Shown here one piece after another: positions 51,168 through 64,000 of a stretch of DNA of 64,000 bases. This stretch comes from Octopus sinensis (Eukaryota). Numbering within the stretch: position 1 is the stretch's first letter; every line of letters begins with the position of its first letter. The position numbers and the translations under genes are program-made. The stretch covers positions 112,282,001 to 112,346,000 of the forward strand of contig NC_043000.1 of assembly GCF_006345805.1 (NCBI RefSeq), read 5' to 3'. The notes beneath the pieces were generated by a model that worked only from the letters and a program-made list of their open reading frames with translations, made no database searches and was not told the DNA's origin.

Positions 51168-52140
51168 GTAAATTTAGCTTTAGTTGACCCAGAAAATGTA
51201 TTTAAGTCGGCTTGACCTAGAAACTATTCTTAGCACACATTGACCTACTAACTTACATTCAGCAATGATTGATACCAGCACTAGCTGATACCAAAATTAT
51301 ACTTTGCTGTTTTGGGTACAGTTAGTACCCTATGATATATAAATTATTAAATGTTCACCCAGAAAAGACATTAGGTTAATTTATATAAAAAGTATATTTA
51401 ATTGTACAATATAGATTATGTGATGCCATGGGAAAGTGCCATTTATTGTAGCCTCGTGCCAACTAAAGCCTTGTGAGGGGGGGGGGTCTTTTCTTGTGAG
51501 TTATTTGGGGAACCTCACTAGTGCCAGTGTCACATAAAAAGCATCCAGTACACTGTGGGAAGAAGTTGGCATTAGGAAGGACATCCAGCAGTGGAAACCA
51601 TGTCAAAACAGACACTGAATACTGGCGCAGTCCTCTTGCTTGTTGATTCCTGTTAAACCATCCAACCCATGCTAGTATGGAACAAAAATGATGATGATGA
51701 TGAGGATGAAGCCTAAAATATATCCAACTTACTTTGATCAATCTTCATCTCTCTGCTCTGAGGATAACTTTGTCCCTTCAGTGTTGGAGGTCCTGGTAAA
51801 GGGTCAGAGGTATTACCCTTCTTCATCTGACAGCATCGTTTAACGTCCGTTTTCCATACTAGCATGGGTCGGACGATTTGACTGAGGTCTGGCGAACCAG
51901 ATGGCTGCATCAGACTCCAATCTGATCTGGCAGAGTTTCCACAGCTGGATGCCCTTCCTAACACCAACCACTCCGCGAATATAGTGGGTACTTTTTACAT
52001 GCCACCTGCACGAGGGCCAGTCAGGCGGTACTAACAATGGCCACGCTCAAATGGTGTTTTTTTATGTCTCACCTGCACAGGAGCCAGTCTAGCGGCACTG
52101 GCAACGACCTCGCTCGAATTTTTTTAATCATTTTCAATAT

Positions 52141-52202
52141 AGAAGCCGGGGATTGAACCTGAGGCCTTTCATTTGCAAAGCAAACGCTCTACCACTGAGC
52201 TA
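52141..52202 (-). pseudogene. tRNA-Ala(TGC)-derived fragment
   Basis: TAGCTCAGTGGTAGAGCG-tttgc-TT-TGC-AA-atgaa-aggcctcaGGTTCAATCCCCGG; lacks the 5' acceptor strand, anticodon stem broken. Confidence 0.6.
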
Positions 52203-52259
52203 AAAAGGAAAAGAAAACAGGTATAAATGGCGTTTATCCCCCAAAATGTAGTGTGGAAT

Positions 52260-52760
52260 TTGATATTGGAGATAACAGTTATTTTGACAGTGAAAATATC
52301 AGTCATTTGATTAACAATTGCAGTGTGGAAGGTGTTTATAAACCATTTAAGAAACACACAAAAACCGTTAGATTCACTTCAACATTTAAATTTAATTTGC
52401 CAAAATATTTTCTGACAAAATTCTGTGCTGCATCTAACGGTTTTTGTGTGTTTCTTAAATGGCTTATAAACACCTTCCACACTGCAATTGTTTTCGTTCC
52501 AGCACACGATCTCAGATCAGGTCACTTGCTATGCAAGTACATCTCCGTAAATCCTGAAGATAACAGTTCGATGGGAATAACAGTTTTTTTTAAACATTAG
52601 GGATAACAGTTTTTGACACTGAAAATAACAATTATGTGATATAGAAGATAAGTTACTTGACACTGGAAAAATAGTTATTAACAGTGGAGATAACAGTTAT
52701 TTGACTTTGAAAATAACAGTTATTTGTTACAGGGAAATAACAGTTATTCGAGAAAATAAA
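52260..52760. repeat. ~21-bp minisatellite interrupted by a 61-bp-arm hairpin (52313-52492) of a Penelope-like family
   Basis: gataacagttattt(t)gacact units; arms differ at 1 site; the same family lies at 19720-19790 (minus). Confidence 0.7.
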
Positions 52761-53282
52761 ATTTGACAGATGTTGACTCTGAAACAATTTATTTTTATCT
52801 GACCTACAAAAAAGAAAAAATCTTGGCACCTCAAAGGAACAAAAGATGAATCTTCTATGCAGTTGTTTGGATGCTAGAAATAACAGCTAAATCTCTCACA
52901 AATTACACATTACTATCTTAAAAAATAATAATTATATATTGTTTAATGTATGTCACAATGAAGATAGGATGGTCACAGCTGGAGTGTCGTTGGTCATAGA
53001 TCTAGCCAATCAAAGAAATCCCAGAAAAGAACTACCTTTAAGTCCGAAAATACACACTTAGATAAGGTTTCCCTAGAAAATATTGTGATAATATGCAAAG
53101 ATATGTCTGACCCAGAAGCAAAATTAATTATTTGACGACACTGTTTTAAGCCCAACATGTATTTGGTTGTGGCTGACCTTGGAAATATAAATAACAACCA
53201 TGGATATCCCATAAGATGTACTTTTTAACCGGCCTGAAAGTACATACAAATGTTATTAAGTTAAATAAACATGGTCTATATA

Positions 53283-53334
<52 letters not shown>

Positions 53335-53431
53335 TATATATATATATTATATATATATATATTATATACATACATATATATATATATATACATATATATG
53401 TATATATACATATATATGTGTGTATATATAT

Positions 53432-53466
<35 letters not shown>

Positions 53467-53503
53467 CACATATATACATACATACATATGTGTGTATGTA
53501 TAT

Positions 53504-53563
<60 letters not shown>

Positions 53564-53889
53564 ATATAATATATATGTATGTATGTATATATATGCACAC
53601 ACACACACACACATATATACATACAAATATATGTGTGTATACACAAACACACACATATATATTCTGAGTATTATTTAAATAAGAATATTTACTTTGTGTT
53701 GTTGACCTAGAAATTATATGAAGACAAATTTAGCTGAGAAAGCGCAAAAGCTTGTTGTCCCTTTATGTCTCTGGTTGATATTTGGGTACAGCTTACATAG
53801 ATTAAGGCAAAGACAAAACGATGACGGGGGATGATGATGAGGATGATGATACTGACAATAGAAGTGAAGAGAAAAAAGAAGAAAAAATG

Positions 53890-54210
53890 AACAACTATGA
53901 TGAAGTGGAAAATACACAGGGTGTCGGCAGTGAAGAATGTGGACGTGACACCAGTGGTAGTTGGTGTGCTTGAAACTATCAGAACCCAACTACCAATGTG
54001 ACTCAAAAGGAGTGGAATGAATGTAAAAATAGAACCTCTACAAAAATCTCATTGCCTGGAACCACAAGAGTCTTCTGCAGGGGGTCTTCAAGCACGATCA
54101 GTAAACAAGTGTCATCTTAGTCTGATGATTGTGGGCGTCTGACACTTTTCCTCATACACAGCAAAATAAGGCTGAGAGTTTTCAAAATAATAATAATAAT
54201 AATAATAATA
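53890..54210 (+). mobile_element. Degenerate R4/Dong C-terminus, 3' UTR and (AAT)n
   Basis: KNVDVTPVVVGVLETI resembles the RLE-LINE terminal VVPVVIGALG motif. Confidence 0.45.
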
Positions 54211-54771
54211 AATGCCCTGATGCAGTACCAGGCAGTGGCTCTCGTGGCTTCTCATCTTAACAGATTGGAAGTGTTATCATGTACATTGTTTTGTCTTGGT
54301 ATAAAAGATGGGCTACAGCAAATATTCTGCTCAATACCACAGAATTGCTTGTCAGTTGTTTGACCTTAACCAGTTGACCATGTACCTTAGTGGCTGACGA
54401 TATGTGCATCTCTGATCATGAGCAGAAGTAGTTGGGGAGAATCATAGCCATGTGTTGAGAGGGATTCTTTGGGGTTTAAATAATCCACCTCTGGAAACAT
54501 GGGTGCTTCGTTCATCATCCTTAAACAACCCTTATTCAGGGACCTTTTGAGTTGGCTGGGCCACTCGACCTGAAGAAAATTCTAACTGGGCCCCACCTGC
54601 AAGGTCATGTGCTGTTTATCTTGATATGAGATCACCATATCTCACACATATGGGTGTGATGCATGTACCTGGTGTAGCCTTATCAGACAGGTGGTCATGA
54701 TGGATATACTGGGCTTTGTATATTTTACCCCAGTGTCACTTTGATGGCATGCACCACTCTCTCACTCACTC
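54211..54771. mobile_element. Non-coding ~560-bp element flanked by (AAT)n on both sides
   Basis: (AAT)n at 54186-54210 and 54772-54830; no ORF. Confidence 0.6.
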
Positions 54772-54832
<61 letters not shown>

Positions 54833-55602
54833 TGATGATGATTTCATTTATTTGCCACAAAGGCGAAGGATGACAATACAAAGACAAACCATAAAGTGTA
54901 GGGAGTCACATACAATGAAATGAGATCAAAAAAAGTAGAAGGTAATAAACATAGAACTGAAACATACATCAATTAAAAATAAAAAAGATGAAGATTATCT
55001 GATCCTCTGAATACAGGAGGAACTCTTGGGACTGTCATGGAACCCCACTATCCAAGATCTCCCTGACCACCAAGGGCAACTCTTGGTGGTCTCTGACTCG
55101 TAGGTCCATACTTGGAGCAGTATCATCCACCTGAGTCATTTTCTCAATTTTCACCCACCTTGTTAGGTATTGTGTGTGTGTACGAAATGACGGAGAACTC
55201 TATCACTGATGAAGTGTCAGACCTATGCCAGCATGGATAGATAGGCAAGAGGTCAGGATAATAACAACGACGACGACAATGATGGTGTGATGATGATGAA
55301 GATGATGGTGGTGATGGTGGTGGTGTGATGATGGTGGTGTGATGGCGGTGGTGGAATTCAAAAAATGACGACGAAGACGGTGACGATGATGATGATGGTG
55401 GTGGTAGTGGTGATGATTTTTTTAAAATTCGCAGGGGAGAAGAACAGAAATGTGAATATTTGAGCAACAACACAGAGAGCCATGACTTTGAATAAATGTA
55501 CCAATAGTGCTACATGTTAAAACAGGTGTACATGTGTGTGTGTGTATGTAAACATTTACATGTGTGTGCATATACATACATACATACATACATACATATG
55601 TG

Positions 55603-55638
<36 letters not shown>

Positions 55639-55804
55639 TGTATGTATGTATGTATGCATGTATGTATATGCAGTAAGGAGTTTGATTCCAGCCAGATGAT
55701 TTTAGGTTCAGTCCTGCTGCATGGTACCTTGGGCAAGTATCTTCTACAGTAGACCTAGGAGGATTTGGCAAATGGAAACTGAAAGAATCCTGTTAAATAC
55801 ACAC

Positions 55805-56100
55805 ACATCATCATCATCATCACCATCGTTTAATGTTCATTTTCCATGCTGGCATGGGTTGGATGGTTTGACTGGGGTCTGGGAAGCCAGGAGGCTGCAC
55901 CAGGCTCCAGTCTGATCTGGCAGAGTTTCTACAGCTGGATGCCCTTCCTAACGCCAACCACTCCGAGAGTGTAGTGGGTGCTTTTTATGTGCCACCGGCA
56001 CAGGGGCTAGAGGGGGCTGGCATGACCACCTTTGGATGGTTCTTTTTTACGTGCCACTGGCATGGGGACCACAACTACAATTTCCATTTGATTTGATTTG
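55805..56100 (-). mobile_element. RTE 3' UTR fragment
   Basis: catcatcatc..tttccatgctggcatgggttggatgg..ctggatgcccttcctaacgccaacc. Confidence 0.8.
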
Positions 56101-57139
56101 AATTCATAGTCACAAATGCACATACACACACACACACACTTACACAAACATGTACACACACACTCATGCATACACACATGCTTCCATATCAGAAGTGGGG
56201 AGGGGCGGTGGCATACCTTTAGAACTGAGTTTAGTACAGCTACATAGTTAACAACAACAATAACAATCTCCACCACCCCCATAACCACCACTTCAACCAC
56301 CACCACTACCACCACCACAACTACCATAACCACCGTCACCACCACAACCACCACTATCACCACCACCACCACCACCACTACCACCACTAATACCACCATA
56401 ACCTTCACCACCACCACAACCACCACAACCACCACTACCACCACCACCACCACCACAACCACCACTATCACCACCACCACCACCACTACCACCACCACCA
56501 CTAATACCACCATAACCTTCACCACCACCATCACCACTACAACAACTAAACGAAAAGTTCTGAAGAGAAAATGGTAGAGAAATGTGGAACCAAAATGTTA
56601 TAAAGAGAGAAAATGGCTGACAGGTATTGAATGCGTTGTGTAAATAAATCAGTTAGTGTGTAAATATATGAGAAGGTGTGTAAACATAGCAGGAGCCATG
56701 TAAATATGTTGAACAAACATTCCCATTAAAAGTTGCTTCAAAGCCATAAGTCTTGTTGATCTCCACTGTGGTGAGAATTGGCTTTAATTCCGGTACAGGA
56801 CCCGCACTTTTGAAAGGGGTTGAATGATTATAGTGAGTCCCAGTGCATGACTGGTACTTTGGTACTTTGGTACTTTGTTTTATTGACCCCCAGCCACCAC
56901 AGGGAGGTGAAAGGCTGAGCTGAGGTCGGAGCCGCAACAAAATCATGCAACTGGTGTTCCAGCTGATTCGATCAACAGAACAACCTGACTGCGAAATTAA
57001 AATGAATGTGGCTGAGTATTCCACAGACATGCATGCTCTTAACATAGTTCTCAGAGAGATTCAGCATGATATAAAATATAACGAAGCTGGTCCTTTCGAA
57101 TGACAGGTACAACTCATTTTTTCCAGCTGAGTGGACTGC

Positions 57140-57939
57140 ACATATCAGAAAAAGTAAAAGAAAATCACTACATCAGATCTAAAAGGCTGTTAAACAAACT
57201 GAAAAATCCAGCAGAAGATTTGATTTGGTTTTTCTCAAACGAGAGAAACTTCGACCAAGTTCACAAAGTCAACTGAAGAAATGACAGATGGTTATGTGCA
57301 GACCCTTCTGAAGTTCCAAGTGTTATGCATACAAAATTTCCTGCAACTGTCTTGGTTTTAGGGTTGTCAGCAATGAAGGACATATGATACCTCTTTAACT
57401 CTTTCCACAAGGCCTTAGAGTTAACTCTGCCGCCAACACTGAGGTCCTGGAAATAATTGTTATGCCTGGATAGACAGTGTCTGCAATGGAAGGCCATATG
57501 TGATTCAGTAACACTCAGCACTATCACACATGGCTCCAGTAACACAGGAATGGATGGCTGAAAATTTTCCTGATCACATAACCCCTAACATTTGGCCTCC
57601 TAATTCCCCAGATCTCAATCCGTTGGACTATTACATGTGGAGTGTTGTTGAGAGAGAGGTCAATGAACACGCCCATAACACCAAAGATTCTTTGAAAGCA
57701 GCCATAGTCAGAGTAATGTCCAAAACGAACCAGGGCCACTTGATTCAAGTGTGTAGATGATTAGATCTCATACAGATGCAGTTGTTGAAGCTGAAGCTGG
57801 CTTTATTGAATAACATTATAGAAAAAAAAAGGTTATTTTTATCCTCATAGCATTTTTTGATAAATAAATTTATTATCTGTTATTATATATCTGCTTTTTT
57901 ATAAACAAATTTGTCCTCAAATATCTTATGCACCCTGTA
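57140..57939 (+). mobile_element. DD37D (maT) transposase relic with 3' TIR
   Basis: IWFFSNERNFDQ..KFPATVLVLGVVS..Q*HSALSH..WPPNSPDLNPLDY (37 aa spacing, second D mutated to H); ends caccctg|ta. Confidence 0.9.
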
Positions 57940-58249
57940 TAATAATATAAATACATACATGCATATATATAGGGCATTTGGTCTAAATTTGATGATTTTT
58001 ATGTCTCCTTTTTTCAGGAACTCATAATGCATTGGTGAAGAGTCAACAGCATTGGAGAGCATGAGGATGAAAGATGTAGTTGAGAAAAAGTTAGCTGACA
58101 TGGAGGACTGGAAGCCATCTGGATATTGGAAAACAATTACCTGTATCAGGATGATTCACGCCAGATTTTAAAATGCCAGCATCCTCATGGCTGCTCAGTT
58201 TTCTCTGAAGAAAAACACGCTATGGATATTACGAAAACCAAATTCCACT

Positions 58250-58680
58250 GAGCTGTGGTGGTCTTTGGGTGTGCCGTGCCACATCTTTAAGTAGGGCCTT
58301 AGGCTCAATTCAGATGACTATGGGAAACTGCAGGAGACTGTGATTGAACCCTGGCTGGATAGGGTTGTTGCTGGAAAGCCATATGTGAGGCAGCAGGGTT
58401 CAGCTCCTTGCAATATCTGTGGAAAGAGTCAGAAGTGGTTGTCAGAGAATTCCTACAACTTCACCAGCCCCAATTTATGGACTTCTAATTCCCACTATTT
58501 GTAATTCCAAAGACCACTCTGTGGGGGGCATGGATGAGAAAGACACCAACCATCCTTCCTGCAACACCAAGGCCAAGCTGGAGGGCAAGATCAAGAATAT
58601 CTTCCCAGCAACACAGTGAGGAATGCATGCATCAGGTTCTGAAGCCATCTTCAGGTTGCGGGGGAAACACAGGGGGGGGG
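58250..58680 (+). mobile_element. Second, more diverged DD37D-like transposase relic
   Basis: GLRLNSDDY..VIEPWLDRVVAGKPYVRQQGSAP..KSQKWLSEN. Confidence 0.65.
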
Positions 58681-59368
58681 GGTCTACTTGGAGTAAACTG
58701 TTATCTCCCAGCCATATTCTAGTTGATATTTTTGGATTTTATGAAATATTTTTATATTAGGAATTAATATTGTGCTTTGTTTACCTTTTATGCAAACTGT
58801 CAAATTTAGCCCAAACAACATAGGAATTGTTCGAAATGTGGAGTAGAAAAACAGCTGACAACTGATGAAGGGTCATTCTTTATGTTGCTTATCTCGTTTT
58901 CCATTTGTTTCTTTTGTTGTTTACATACAAAAGTTTGTATTCCATGGTTTCGTATTTTGTATTTCATGTTGTTTACGTTTTGTGACGTCCTGTACACATA
59001 TATGCATATATATATCATCATCATCGTTTAACGTCCGTTTTCCATGCTAGCATGGGTTGGACGGTTTGACCAGGGTCAGGGAGGCCTGGAGGCTGCACCA
59101 GTCTGATCTGGCAGTGTTTCTACAGCTGGATGCCCTTCCTAATGCCAAATGCCAACCACTCCATGAGTGTAGTGGGTGCTTTTTGCGTGCCACTGGCACA
59201 GGGGCCAGGGGAGGCTGGCAAACGGCCATGATTGGTTGGTGCTTTTACGTGTCACCAATACGGATGCTGGTCAGGTGGCGCTGGCATCTGTCACGTTCGG
59301 CTGGTGCTTTTTACATGTTACCGGCACGGGTAGTATGTATATGTATGTATATGTATATATATAATATA

Positions 59369-59442
<74 letters not shown>

Positions 59443-59817
59443 GAGAAGAATATGGAGGAAAATAGCAAACAGAAGTGTGTCTTTTGTGCTAGTAAGCCAT
59501 TTTTCAATTAGTAAATAAAGGTGAGAGAGTGAGAGTGAAGTTGTTTACGATCATTTCTGTTTACCATGGTGAGGAAAATATATTTATATTTTTGCCTCAT
59601 AGCTAATGGTAGACATTATCAGAACGAAGAAGTCAGAGGTAGAGAGAAGAAGAGTGAAAGATCAATGGTTACATTGGAAAAGAGAAGATCAAAGACTTGA
59701 TTGTCTTACATTCTAGTAGGGTTCACAGTCCGTTAAGTCCGTTGTGAGGTGGATGAAGAATAAAAGTTAGTTGGATCTGTGGTCACATGGTTATTCAGTG
59801 GCATGTCTTGCATGTGC

Positions 59818-60095
<278 letters not shown>

Positions 60096-60099
60096 TATT

Positions 60100-60487
60100 C
60101 TTTTATTCTTTTACTTGTTTCAGTCATTTGACTGTGGCTATGCTGGAACACCACCTTTAACCGAGCAAATCGAATCCAGGAGTTATTCTTTTGTAAGCCT
60201 AGTACTTATTCTATCAGTCTCTTTTGCCGAACCGCTAAGTTACGGGGACATACACACCAGCATCAGTTCTCAAGTGATATTGGGAGGACAAACATGTACA
60301 CACACATACATATATACATATATACGACAGGTTTCTTTCAGTTTCCGTTAACTAAATTCACCCACAAGGCTTTGGTTGGCCTGGAGCTATAGTAGAAGAC
60401 ACTTGCCCAAGGTGTCACGCAGTGGGACTGAGCCGGTAACCATGTGGTTGGTAAGCAAGCTACTTACCACACAGCCACTCCTGTGCC
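60100..60487 (-). mobile_element. SINE family C, near full length
   Basis: Reverse complement of 30684-31070. Confidence 0.85.
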
Positions 60488-60667
60488 TATATATATATAT
60501 GTTATAATTTAGAACAAACAGTAAGTTATCATTAAAGTACTTGGAGTTTAACATATATAAATAATCCACTATTTATCTAATATTGAGGTCTCATTCTTTT
60601 GTTGTCACTTTTTATTATATATATATATATATATAAATATATATATTTCTGTAAATGTAATATGTGG

Positions 60668-60850
60668 CAATTATTTGGTAGCCATGATAAAACTCCGAGT
60701 TTCGGATGCCGAGGTGGAAATCCACGACGCCATATTTTCAGTTATCTGGCCATCGGAAAAAAAGCTATAAAAATGAATTGAAGAGATGGTGGCATGGATT
60801 TCCACCTTGCATCCGAAACTCAGAGTTTTATCATTGCTACCAAATAATTG
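60668..60850. mobile_element. Penelope-like hairpin with hammerhead motifs in both arms
   Basis: Minus 60686-60746: gataa-CTGAAAA-..catcc-GAAA-ctcggag-TT-ttatc; plus arm TTGAAGA..GAAACTCAGAGTT. Confidence 0.65.
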
Positions 60851-61271
60851 TTACATATTACATTTACAGATAAATTCCTCTATTTACATAATTTCAAGGT
60901 CTCTTTCATTCTTTTGTTGTCTTACTTTTTTATCAATATATATATAATACTATTCCACAGCCATAACAACAATCCAACACACCTCCATCATCAGCTGCCT
61001 CATGGATATCATTATGGTTTTGACACCTGGGCAGTACCATTCAATCCGGCAGTGTCAACAACACTAAAATAAGTGTTGTTTGGGAACAAACAAATATATA
61101 CATACACACACATTTATATATATGTTCACCTAGCCAGAGGGGTGGTGTCATTTGAAAAGTAAAACAATGTGAAGCGCATTGTGACCAGTGATGTATAACA
61201 ACATCTGATAGTCTGGTTGATGCCTTGATATATATGTGTGTATGTTTTATATATATATATATATATATATC

Positions 61272-61303
<32 letters not shown>

Positions 61304-61811
61304 CATTGCTATTTGAGGATCACAATATATATCTTTGGGTGCTACTGATAATTTTCACGTGTATGAAAATCCAAACATGTTATTCAGGCGCAGATCACTC
61401 TTCGTGCCGAACTAATAACTTTAAACACACACACTCATATGATGGACGTCTTTCAGTTTCCATGTATCAAATCCACTTTGAAGACTTTGGCTTCAAATAT
61501 TTAATATTGTTGAAGTCCCATGCTGATGAAGAAAATGGTTGGGTAAAGTATAATTCAACATTCTTTATACCGATTTAATTCTGAAACGTGTACATGGGTA
61601 ATCAAATATCGATTGATTTTCGTTATTTTTCCTCTCTGCCTGCGTGGATTGTTTTCAAGTGCTTTGTTTTTTCCCGGGAGTCCCTTTTTAAAGAAGAAGA
61701 AATAGGTAAGGTTTTTTTGCTGCTATTTCTAAACTTCGGTATGTGGTAAAGCACATCTTTGCTGAACCTATTTTATAAAGTATATACACCCACACACACA
61801 CACACACACAC

Positions 61812-61875
<64 letters not shown>

Positions 61876-62015
61876 ATATATATATATATATATATATACA
61901 TACATAAATATTATATATGTCTATATATCATACCAGTATGGGAAAATCTGATGTAGAATGATGATGATGATATGTGTGCGTGTGTGTGTATAATATAAAT
62001 ATATATATATCAATG

Positions 62016-62094
<79 letters not shown>

Positions 62095-62381
62095 GAGAAA
62101 TATGCTGCTGGTGATAGTGATCACAATGGTGGTGGTGGTGGTGGTGGAGATGGTGGTGGCGGCAGCGGTTGTCACACACACACACACACACAAATATGTG
62201 TCTACATATTATACGCACCCCTTATTCCTTTCTATGCCTTCCGTTGCATGTTCCTGGCAGATAATGTCCCTCCCATTCCGCCAATGCCTGTCTACAATGG
62301 CAGCAGAATTTCACGGAACAAACACTTCCTTCTGTTTGTTCCGAGCTTTGATACATTTTGATTTACTGACTTCTCTCCTAG

Positions 62382-62459
62382 GTCCCCCCACCTGGCCTTT
62401 TTTCCCCTTTTTTTCTGGGGACGGAGGGGCGGGGGGATTGCTGGCGAAGGGGATGCCGA
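62382..62459 (+). other. Candidate 78-nt exon (unverified)
   Basis: Branch-like tactgac, ttctctcctag| acceptor, A|gtgagt donor; all three frames open. Confidence 0.3.
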
Positions 62460-62509
62460 GTGAGTATTTGTTGATGATGTGGTACTGAAGGGGTATATTA
62501 TCTTATCCC

Positions 62510-62995
62510 ACCACCACCACCACCACCACCACCACCATCATCATTGCAGCTTTTATCACTACTATCAACATAGCTACTATCGCCACAGCCTATACTACTT
62601 CAGCCACTACAAACACCCATGAAAACCATCATCGCCATTGTCAGCATCAATACTGTAACCACCACCACCACCACCACCACCACCACCACTGCAACCACCA
62701 CCACTACAACCATCACTACCACCATAACCACCACTACCACCACCACCACCACTGCAACCACTACCACTGCAACCACACCAACTACAACCACCACTACCAC
62801 CACCAAACTGCCACCATCACTGCAACCACCATCACCACAACCCTCACCACCACTGCAACCACTACCACTACAATCACCACACTGAAACCACCACCACTGC
62901 AACCACCACCACTACAATCACCACAATAACCACCACGACGACCACCACCACCATCACCACATCCGCCACCATCACTGCAACCACCACCACCATAT
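62510..62995. repeat. (CAC/CAA)n low-complexity tract
   Basis: Direct inspection. Confidence 0.9.
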
Positions 62996-63593
62996 TTCTC
63001 ACTAAGTCACTCTTCCTTTTATTGCTCCCCACCCACCGGGCCACTCCACCCCAACTGCTGAACCCTCTTTGCCAATACCACCCACTCACCCATCCAGGTT
63101 CCTGTTCTCCTCCCATAGACAAGTGTTACTCACCCTGGGTATTGTTATTCCTGTCCTTCCTTCCCCTACTCCCTATAAAACACCCCCCAACCTTGGTGTT
63201 GCTAATGGTAAAGCTATGTTTAATGTCACTATGTCCCACTCCTCTTCTGTCTCTTCCAATGAACTTCTGCTGCCAAAAAAAAAATTATTATAACAGGGTG
63301 GGTGGGTGTAACCCCTATGTGTGTTTCTTTGGGAGGAATTCGGCTGTGGCTAGAAATGACAGCCACATCACTCCTAAAACACTCTTAATGGCTTCAAATG
63401 TCGGTGCAAGGCCAGCAATTTCGGGGAGTGGGTAAGTCAACCCTAGGGCTCAACTGGTCCTTAATTTATCAACCCCAAAAGGATGGAAAGCAAAGCTGAC
63501 CTCAGTGGAATTTGAACTCTGACTGTAAAGACAGAGGAATACTGTTGAGCATTTTGCCCGGTGTGCTTATGATTCTGTTATTTCACTGCCTTC

Positions 63594-63647
<54 letters not shown>

Positions 63648-63694
63648 TAATAATAATGATAATAATAATAATAATAATAATGATAATAATAATA

Positions 63695-64000
63695 AGAAGA
63701 AGAAAAGCCCCTTCATGGTAAATACTGCACTAAACTAAACGCAAAAGAAATAGACAAAGAAAAATCCCAGCAATGGTTGAGAAGCTCAGGACTCAAAGCA
63801 GAAACAGAGGGATTTTTAATTGCAGCACAAGACCAAAGCCTCCCCACCAGAAATTACCAAAAACATGTAATGAAAAGAAATATTACAAGTAACTGCAGAA
63901 TATGTGGAGATGGACAAGAAACAATAAATCATATTATCTCTAGCTGCCCAGTCCTGGCTAAGAAGGAATATATTCACAGACATGACAGAGTTGGAACCTA
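63695..64000 (+). mobile_element. R4/Dong-clade RLE LINE, 5'-truncated, runs off the window end
   Basis: Open frame EKPLHGKY..SQQWLRSSGLKAETEGFLIAAQDQSLPTRNY..CRICGDGQETINHIISSCPVLAKKEYIHRHDRVG (CCHC knuckle plus RHD); begins directly after (AAT)n 63595-63692. Confidence 0.9.

Noticed and set aside
54122-54150. CTGATGA in the Dong-like UTR
   Set aside because: No GAAA or stem III follows
58018-58170. Strong acceptor tctccttttttcag| as an exon start
   Set aside because: All three frames hit stops within ~50 nt; lies between transposon relics

Overview
64 kb of AT-rich, repeat-saturated eukaryotic DNA, most consistent with an octopus (coleoid cephalopod) genome assembly. This is an inference from the tRNA-headed SINE families, the RTE and Dong-R4 LINE types and the extreme (TA)n/(TG)n/(GAT)n load; species cannot be fixed. 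One 100-N scaffold gap lies at 2144-2243. No intact protein-coding gene is visible. Almost every ORF in the track is a microsatellite artefact or a broken transposon relic: RTE, CR1, Tx1/L1 and R4/Dong LINEs, plus DD34D mariner and DD37D maT transposases. The most interesting unexplained structure is: (1) about ten minimal type-I hammerhead-ribozyme motifs of several subfamilies, mostly in inverted (hairpin) arrangements typical of Penelope-like retroelements; (2) a ~270-bp cluster of RFX X-box motifs containing a perfect 21-bp hairpin (27.87-28.14 kb); (3) an inverted pair of CCAAT+octamer modules, one followed by a TATA box (17.5-18.1 kb); (4) SINE modularity, including a TSD-flanked two-family chimera and head-to-tail multimers with a shared junction; (5) Dong-type elements and an uncharacterised 560-bp element embedded in (AAT)n arrays; (6) an apparent CpG-retaining domain (~5.6-20.3 kb) beside CpG-decayed DNA, which carries a few weak candidate plus-strand exons at 51-62 kb. 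No searches could be run, so family names and novelty are unverified.
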